Source: Orbicella franksi
Lineage: Eukaryota
NCBI GenBank assembly: GCA_964199315.1
Contig: OZ116706.1
Location: forward strand, 1,674,001-1,738,000
Length of the DNA stretch: 64,000 nt
Direction: 5' to 3'
Position numbers and translations under genes: made by a program. Positions 58,125-64,000 of this stretch are shown one piece after another. How positions within the stretch are numbered: position 1 is the first letter of the stretch; each line of letters begins with the position of its first letter. A model generated the notes under the pieces. The model worked only from the letters and a program-made list of their open reading frames with translations, had not been told where the DNA came from and ran no database searches.

Positions 58125-58680
58125 GCCCAAATTCTCCTTATTTCGTATAGTGTGATCGTCGGGCTGAGGGTAGTTTTGAAAAGAACTGTTTTCAGTGACT
58201 GACGTTTCGACAACCTGAGCGGAAGTCATCAGAGTCAGAGTCAGAGTCAAGTGTATTGTGTTTGTCGTGATCAGTCGATGGCGTTATAAGTCTGGTTCGT
58301 TGAAAGTGGTTGGTCAGTTTAGCCATAATTGTATTGGCTGTAAGACTCGTGTAAAGTTTGTCAGCAGTCATTGGTCGGTTCGAGTAAGTTTCGATCCGTC
58401 TGTTGTTAGTCAAATTAAGACGGTCTGTTTGAGGTCCGCTTGTCGGTTTCGTTTGTGCCGAGAATAAGTCGTTTGTAAGGTGCAAGTATAGCTGTTGCCT
58501 AAACTGACCAATCACTTTCAACGGACCAGACTTGTAAAATCATCGACTGACAGGTTGACGAAACGTCAGTCACCAACAACAAGCACTTCTTTCCAGAACA
58601 TCCCTCACACAGATGATCACTCTATGTATACGATCTACTGATCATGATACTCCTGGGTTCAAACTAGTTACTATATTCTT
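58125..58680. mobile_element. Penelope-like element end with an inverted partial terminal repeat
   Basis: The minus-strand copy (58125-58325) and plus-strand copy (58497-58680) share aaactgaccaa(c/t)cactttcaacg..ccagactt and gaaacgtcagtcac. Confidence 0.65.
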
Positions 58681-58766
58681 CTTCGTCATTTGTTGTGAAC
58701 TAAATACTACTAAATGCATACACTAGATGAATCAAAAGCAAACAACCGAACTTGTAAACGAATTCC

Positions 58767-58805
58767 CAACTGAAGATGATCGTTCAACGATCGAAACATG
58801 TCTTG
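58767..58805 (+). ncRNA. Minimal type I hammerhead ribozyme motif
   Basis: caa-CTGAAGA-t-GATCG(ttcaa)CGATC-GAAA-CATGT-C-ttg: perfect stem II, palindromic stem III ACATGT, GTC triplet ending at 58802, 3-bp stem I. Confidence 0.7.
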
Positions 58806-59094
58806 TTTTAAACTTAAAGTTGTTGTCCATTTCTTAAAAAAAGCAAATATGCGTTTTTCGAATCCAACTTGGAACTCACATTATGTATCACCTGAGAGGT
58901 GATTATCATGAATCGGAGTGATTTATTACAACAACACCCGTAAAGACCATTTCAGGCTCAAAATGGTGTTAAAATTATGTATGAGAAAGGTCTGGCTCAG
59001 CACTAAACTGATAGACGTTTTCAAACCCCTTTAAAGATTTCAACAACTCGATAATGGGTTATCCGCCAAGTTGTTTGTAGACTGTGTAAATAGT

Positions 59095-59520
59095 TCGTGA
59101 TTGGTTCTCCGCGCGCCTATTTGTCACGTAATCGGCGTACGGTCACATGGGTGTCCAATTACAGGTATCCAATTTGAACTGTTTGTAATTGGAAACCTGC
59201 AATTGGATACCCACGTGATTCGTACGTCAATTACGCGCGCTTTAATGGCTTCCTTTGCAATGTTACCTACAGTTTTCAAAACTTGTGAAAACCGCTTCAG
59301 ACGTTTTCTCTCAAAAGAAGTTCTCAAAAAGACATTTTTAATTCCGAAATTTGTTATAGATACGATTAATTAGTAAATTGACCTCGTGTCGTACAATTCA
59401 TGGAGTAATCGTGCTCTTAATGTCAAATCGACCTCGCGCTTCGCGCTACGCGCTCGTCCGATTTTGAAATTACTTGCGCGATTACTCCCTATTATACTCG
59501 GTCCAACTACTATTACTTAG
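59095..59520 (-). mobile_element. Hairpin-plus-tail element
   Basis: Hairpin at about 59369-59515 (gagtaatcg..aaatcg / cgattttgaaatt..cgattactcc); tail extends toward 59095 and contains gtgattggtt. Confidence 0.5.
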
Positions 59521-59608
59521 CGGACAAATATTGTACCGAGAATAACTTTAAGTATATTACTGTCCTTTTAGCATTTTCTAAAAGCTAAAGATATAAATAG
59601 CTGCATGA

Positions 59609-60342
59609 AACCCCATTTACACGTGCTAAAAAATCGGCACGCCACGTCAAATTTTTGACACCGTGTCCAAACCATTTCAGCACTGCACTACCCATTTACA
59701 CCACCAAAAACTAAAGTGTTTCTCCTACTGGGCACGGTTCCAATTTTTAATTGGCACCCCTGATTTCCGTCTGTTTTTTTTTTCCCGGGAAATGGCGGAT
59801 AGACAACAAGCAATCACTTTTCATCGCACGCTAAGCGTAAAATGGCAGACACGTAGCGGTATGAGAATTTCCCAGTTACCAGAGATAAATTTCAATTCTT
59901 TTTGGGATCGAGGGTGAAATAATGCGACCAGATACCACAATGCACCGAGCTGTTAGTGTTGAGCGCCCACAACTCTATTAAAGCTTTGGTGGCCAGGTCG
60001 GGCCTGTTTATTCCACGGTTTTCAGGTTTTTCCTCTGCGAATGGGAACGTGTTTGGGCCTCTCAGGCCACCATTTTTGTGGCACTTACGCATGCGCCAGG
60101 GTTGTTTTTTGACAAAAAGGCCTGGAACAGGAGGGGAGAGCATTTATACGAACGGAAATCTCAGCACGGTGTCTCGATTACCCGTGGCGAGACTACCTCT
60201 TGCGGCACCTCAAACATTTTGGGCACTGGTGCCACATTTCATTTGGGACCGCTAGGTTCACACGTGCCGTGCCCAAAAAAGTCAGCACGGTGCCAAAAAT
60301 ATACCGTGCCGTGTCGATTTTTTAGCGCGTGTAAATAGGGTT
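59609..60342. mobile_element. PIF/Harbinger-type non-autonomous element, 734 bp
   Basis: TIRs aaccccatttacacgtgctaaaaaatcggcacg / cgtgtcgattttttagcgcgtgtaaatagggtt; TGA 3-bp duplication on both sides. Confidence 0.8.
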
Positions 60343-63313
60343 TGAAATAACGCCAAAAACAATTTCCCGTGGGAACTCAAGAAAATAAATTTCACTGAAA
60401 GCTTAGAGAAATTGTGCAAACACAGTTAAAATTTTACCATCAGTTTCATTTCACCATTACTATTCAAGTGTTTTATATGAATTTCAAAATTTGTTTTCGA
60501 CATAATTTGGTGTTGATAGAAATGATTTCTCTTGAAAATATAGTTAAAACAGTCGGACAAAAGTTTGTAATACTAACTGCAAATAAACTCGGTATAAAGT
60601 TTTTGTCCATTAGTAACTCGAACTTCTAGTGGATTTCCTCTTTCCTCTGAACTGGCTTCTCATTTCATCATTCACTTATTCTACTGTCAATCTCTGTAAA
60701 ACGATTGTAGCTGAACATATATGTACTTTGTGTACTCTGAACGTTCAGTGAACGTTTCGACGTGATTTTTGCCCAATGTAAAGCGAAATTAAATGCGGTT
60801 TGTATTTGTAACGTTAGACTTAGGTATGATTTTAAATTTGAGCCAGTCTGATCTTTCATAGAATCAAATTCAAAGCTTACTGGTGTTCCAGGTGGCGTTC
60901 ACTACACTCAGTCACCATGGTCGATACACAGACAGCACACAAACTTCATCACAGTTGCCGTTTGAATTGTGGCTACATAGAAAGCACGTTTATTTCCGAT
61001 CCCTGTATCGCAGGGTCAACGGTCCTAATGGCTTGCAAGACGTAACGAAATTGGTTAGCCTCAAATTCGAAAGCGCTAATTCTGGCAAAGTTGTTAACTT
61101 TTGTTGCCACGTTCGACAACCGTCGGTGGTAGACAGTGCCGAGCATTAAAAGTCGTTGAGAGTCAGTGAGATATTAAAAGCGAGGAAGACAATTATACAA
61201 GCCTATTGAAAACTCATGGCCAAAAAGAACAAATTTTTCTTTGCCTTCGTAAGTAATTAGAAAGCTATTGACTGACAATGCATAAAGCGACTTTGGAATG
61301 CTCAAAAAGGAACTTTGAATACCAAAGATGTTATTTTCTACGACTGACGCTATTGGTCCAAACCAATTCCTAATCTGGATGCAGCCTGGTGATAATCCCA
61401 CTAAGTGTGATATAATTAAACCTTTTTGAGTGCCCCTTTCAAATACCTGCTAAACTGACTGTAGAAGCGTTTTGTACCCACTGATAAGGTGAAAGATCTG
61501 AATGCAGACAAGCAGATGTTACTGTCGACCTGATGCGGGATCACTAAAAGTGTTTGAATCCGTGACAGCTTGGCAGCTTTTATAGTTAACCACGCATTTT
61601 AGGGCTGATGTTCTTACCATAAGTAAAACAGCGTTTTAATGAAGTCCTTGTCCGAAACTCGTCTGGCTATAGAATCAGGTAGGTCTGTAGGTTAACCCCT
61701 TCTGTGTCATAATTTACGTTCAGTTATTGAGAAACAAATCGAATTTGCGCTTACGTCGACTGAATGTCGGTGTACTCCCTGCTAGCAGTTGTTTTCTTTG
61801 TGAAACTACTACTACTGACAGCGTATGACGTTATCTTCAACTCAGGGAAAAGAAAACATTTCGCAAAAATAAAAAAAGATTTAAGCGAGTCGGATTGTGA
61901 ACTTCTCAGTATCATTTCAGCAATCAGGGGGAGTATGAGCCTTTTTTGACATAAATTTAGTTCGGCTTAAAAAGGACTTGATAGCAGGAGATGATGATGT
62001 CCTTGATAGCAAGAGAAAATGTTGCCATCGAATCGAAATCCTCCTTTTAAATAACATGTGCAAATTCACTAAGTTTAAAAAGTCAGACTTCATGTCCTAA
62101 GTCTCTTTATTTTGTTATCTTGACTCAGTTTAACTGCCGATGCGCCCTCTAAAGAAGCATCTCACATTTCAGCGAATTGTATGTGTCAGAATTCACCAAA
62201 CCGGTTTAAGACGCGTTTAACACTTACCTATAGGAGAATATTTCTTCTAGAGTATCGGAAAAAAAGCTAGTCGGCTGCGTCTACACATATGTCCAAGTTA
62301 AAAGAAATGTTAGCGTAGATTTTAATTGCACTTCAGTTCATTTGCCACAATCGTTGCCTTCTTTGAAGCCTTATAAAATAAATTTCATGTGGAGTTTTCC
62401 GTCATACTCAGAGATAAACGTTCTTTAATCCTTCGCCCGAAACTCAAGGCAACGCAACTGCTTATTAAATAATTACAATATACATTTTGGAGAAATATTT
62501 TCCAGCTACAGTCTTTCAAACTCGTTATGAACTATAATATACCAGGATTATCAGGATAAATAAATGTCCCATAATGTTACGGGTGTTCAAATTCTAAATC
62601 AAAAACTCATCCTGATCTTTCCTACCCCAAAAAATATATAATGAGAAACAAAATATATATATGAAGTAAGCACCATATTTATTGGACCGGTCAAATTAAA
62701 CTGATAAGTACGTTTCACTATTTAGACAAATTTGAAGGAAACGTTGACACGAGATTAGCGGGGTTTTTTGCATGAATTGCGTTCTAAGGCATTTGGAACC
62801 GGTGCTGGCTATTTTCTGCGACTTTAAAATTAAAGTAGTGTTCTTCTTCTAGCTTCAAGGGTACTTACTTGACTTCCGTATGTAAGTGCAGTGTGAGAGT
62901 TCATGAGTACAAGTCAGTACTACTTTACTTATATCGAATTTCGCGCGAACTTAATTGCGCGATTTTAGCTAAGCAATATTTCACGAGGTTTTAATTCCTC
63001 CATTTAAAGAAGACTTTAAAAAAAGGAACATTAAATTTCGATTAAGTACATCAACAAAGATTGTATTTTCATAAACTTCACAGAGGTAATAAAGCATGAT
63101 ACAATATACCATACTGAGGTATTTGAAAAAGAACAGTTTTTCAAATAACGTACAAAACACATTTAATCAGTCATCCGCTTGTACGACAGTTATAGCAGAT
63201 TTCGTAGCTGAGTCATCCAGATCTTCAAAGCGATTATCCGAGGGAAGTTTCTCTCCTAAAAACATCGGCAACAACAACTTGATGATGGCGGCAAATTGAT
63301 GATGGTGGTAGCG

Positions 63314-63526
63314 AGGCAGTGTGGCCGAGTGGTTTAGGGCGCTGGTGTTGTAATCCGGAGGTCCCGGGTTCAAGGCCTCCACCCTGCAACCAGCGCGATT
63401 TGTTTCTCGGTGATCCCGAGTTCAAATCCTCGGTCACGCTTTGCAAATAGCCAACTGGTCTGCCTCCCGCCAGTTGGGATTTTTAACTATTATACGTTTA
63501 TTTGAAATATTTGTTTTCTTTGTTTC

Positions 63527-63545
<19 letters not shown>
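63314..63545 (+). mobile_element. tRNA-derived SINE
   Basis: A box TGGCCGAGTGG, B box GGTTCAAGGCC, then a non-tRNA body (aaatagccaactggtctgcctcccgccagttggga). Confidence 0.7.
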
Positions 63546-63565
<20 letters not shown>

Positions 63566-64000
63566 CAGCTAAGTGCATGGCCACCATAAATAGATTTACA
63601 TTTACAATTTTTTACATTGTACGCTTGTAGAATACGAGCAGTGTTTTGTTTTCGTGAGTCCTAAATTTCGCGATTTTTGGCAATTCGCAAAACACGCGAA
63701 AGTCGTGACAAAATAGTAGCGAAAATAAGTACGAATCTCAGCTATCAAACGAAAATAACATCTGGTCCAAAAATAAGATTAATTATGTAAACCAATTTTG
63801 TTCACAATCCACGCACCAGCAGCGAAATTAAAGAGAATTCATACAAACGTAAATTAAAATGCGCACTTCAATCCACCACGCGATTAAACTGTCCTAACAT
63901 ATATCAAAATATGACTACAGCTTTAAGCGTTATCGATTGTGAACAGACGCAGAGCAACATGGACTCTAGCTGTTTTATATAACAGAGAAAACGAAAGAAA

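Noticed and set aside
58192-58521. 109-aa ORF
   Set aside because: Reads through the non-coding 3' end of the Penelope-like fragment.
63314-63390. tRNA gene
   Set aside because: A and B boxes are present, but there is no paired acceptor stem and the sequence continues into a SINE body.

Overview
Eukaryotic, AT-rich animal DNA. From the repeat types and the CpG pattern it is most likely a stony coral or another anthozoan (inference). Left half: a cluster of four intronless class A peptide-type GPCR paralogs arranged as two head-to-head pairs (minus/plus/minus/plus). Three are intact and one is a pseudogene. All four share unusual activation-switch residues. Right half: a complete 10-exon MAPKAPK2 (MK2) gene on the minus strand (36552-43431, 352 aa, assembled by hand), head-to-head with an approximately 40-repeat ankyrin-only gene on the plus strand. 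Not visible in the ORF track: a spliced, CpG-decayed fossil gene lying antisense in the ankyrin gene's putative first intron; two apparently intact minimal hammerhead ribozyme cores (one inside a Penelope-like retroelement end, the other of the same type); and several hairpin-type non-autonomous elements sharing a dif-like ATAA-N5-TTAT site. The remainder is MITEs, tRNA-derived SINEs and microsatellites. All calls were made by eye; no database searches were run.
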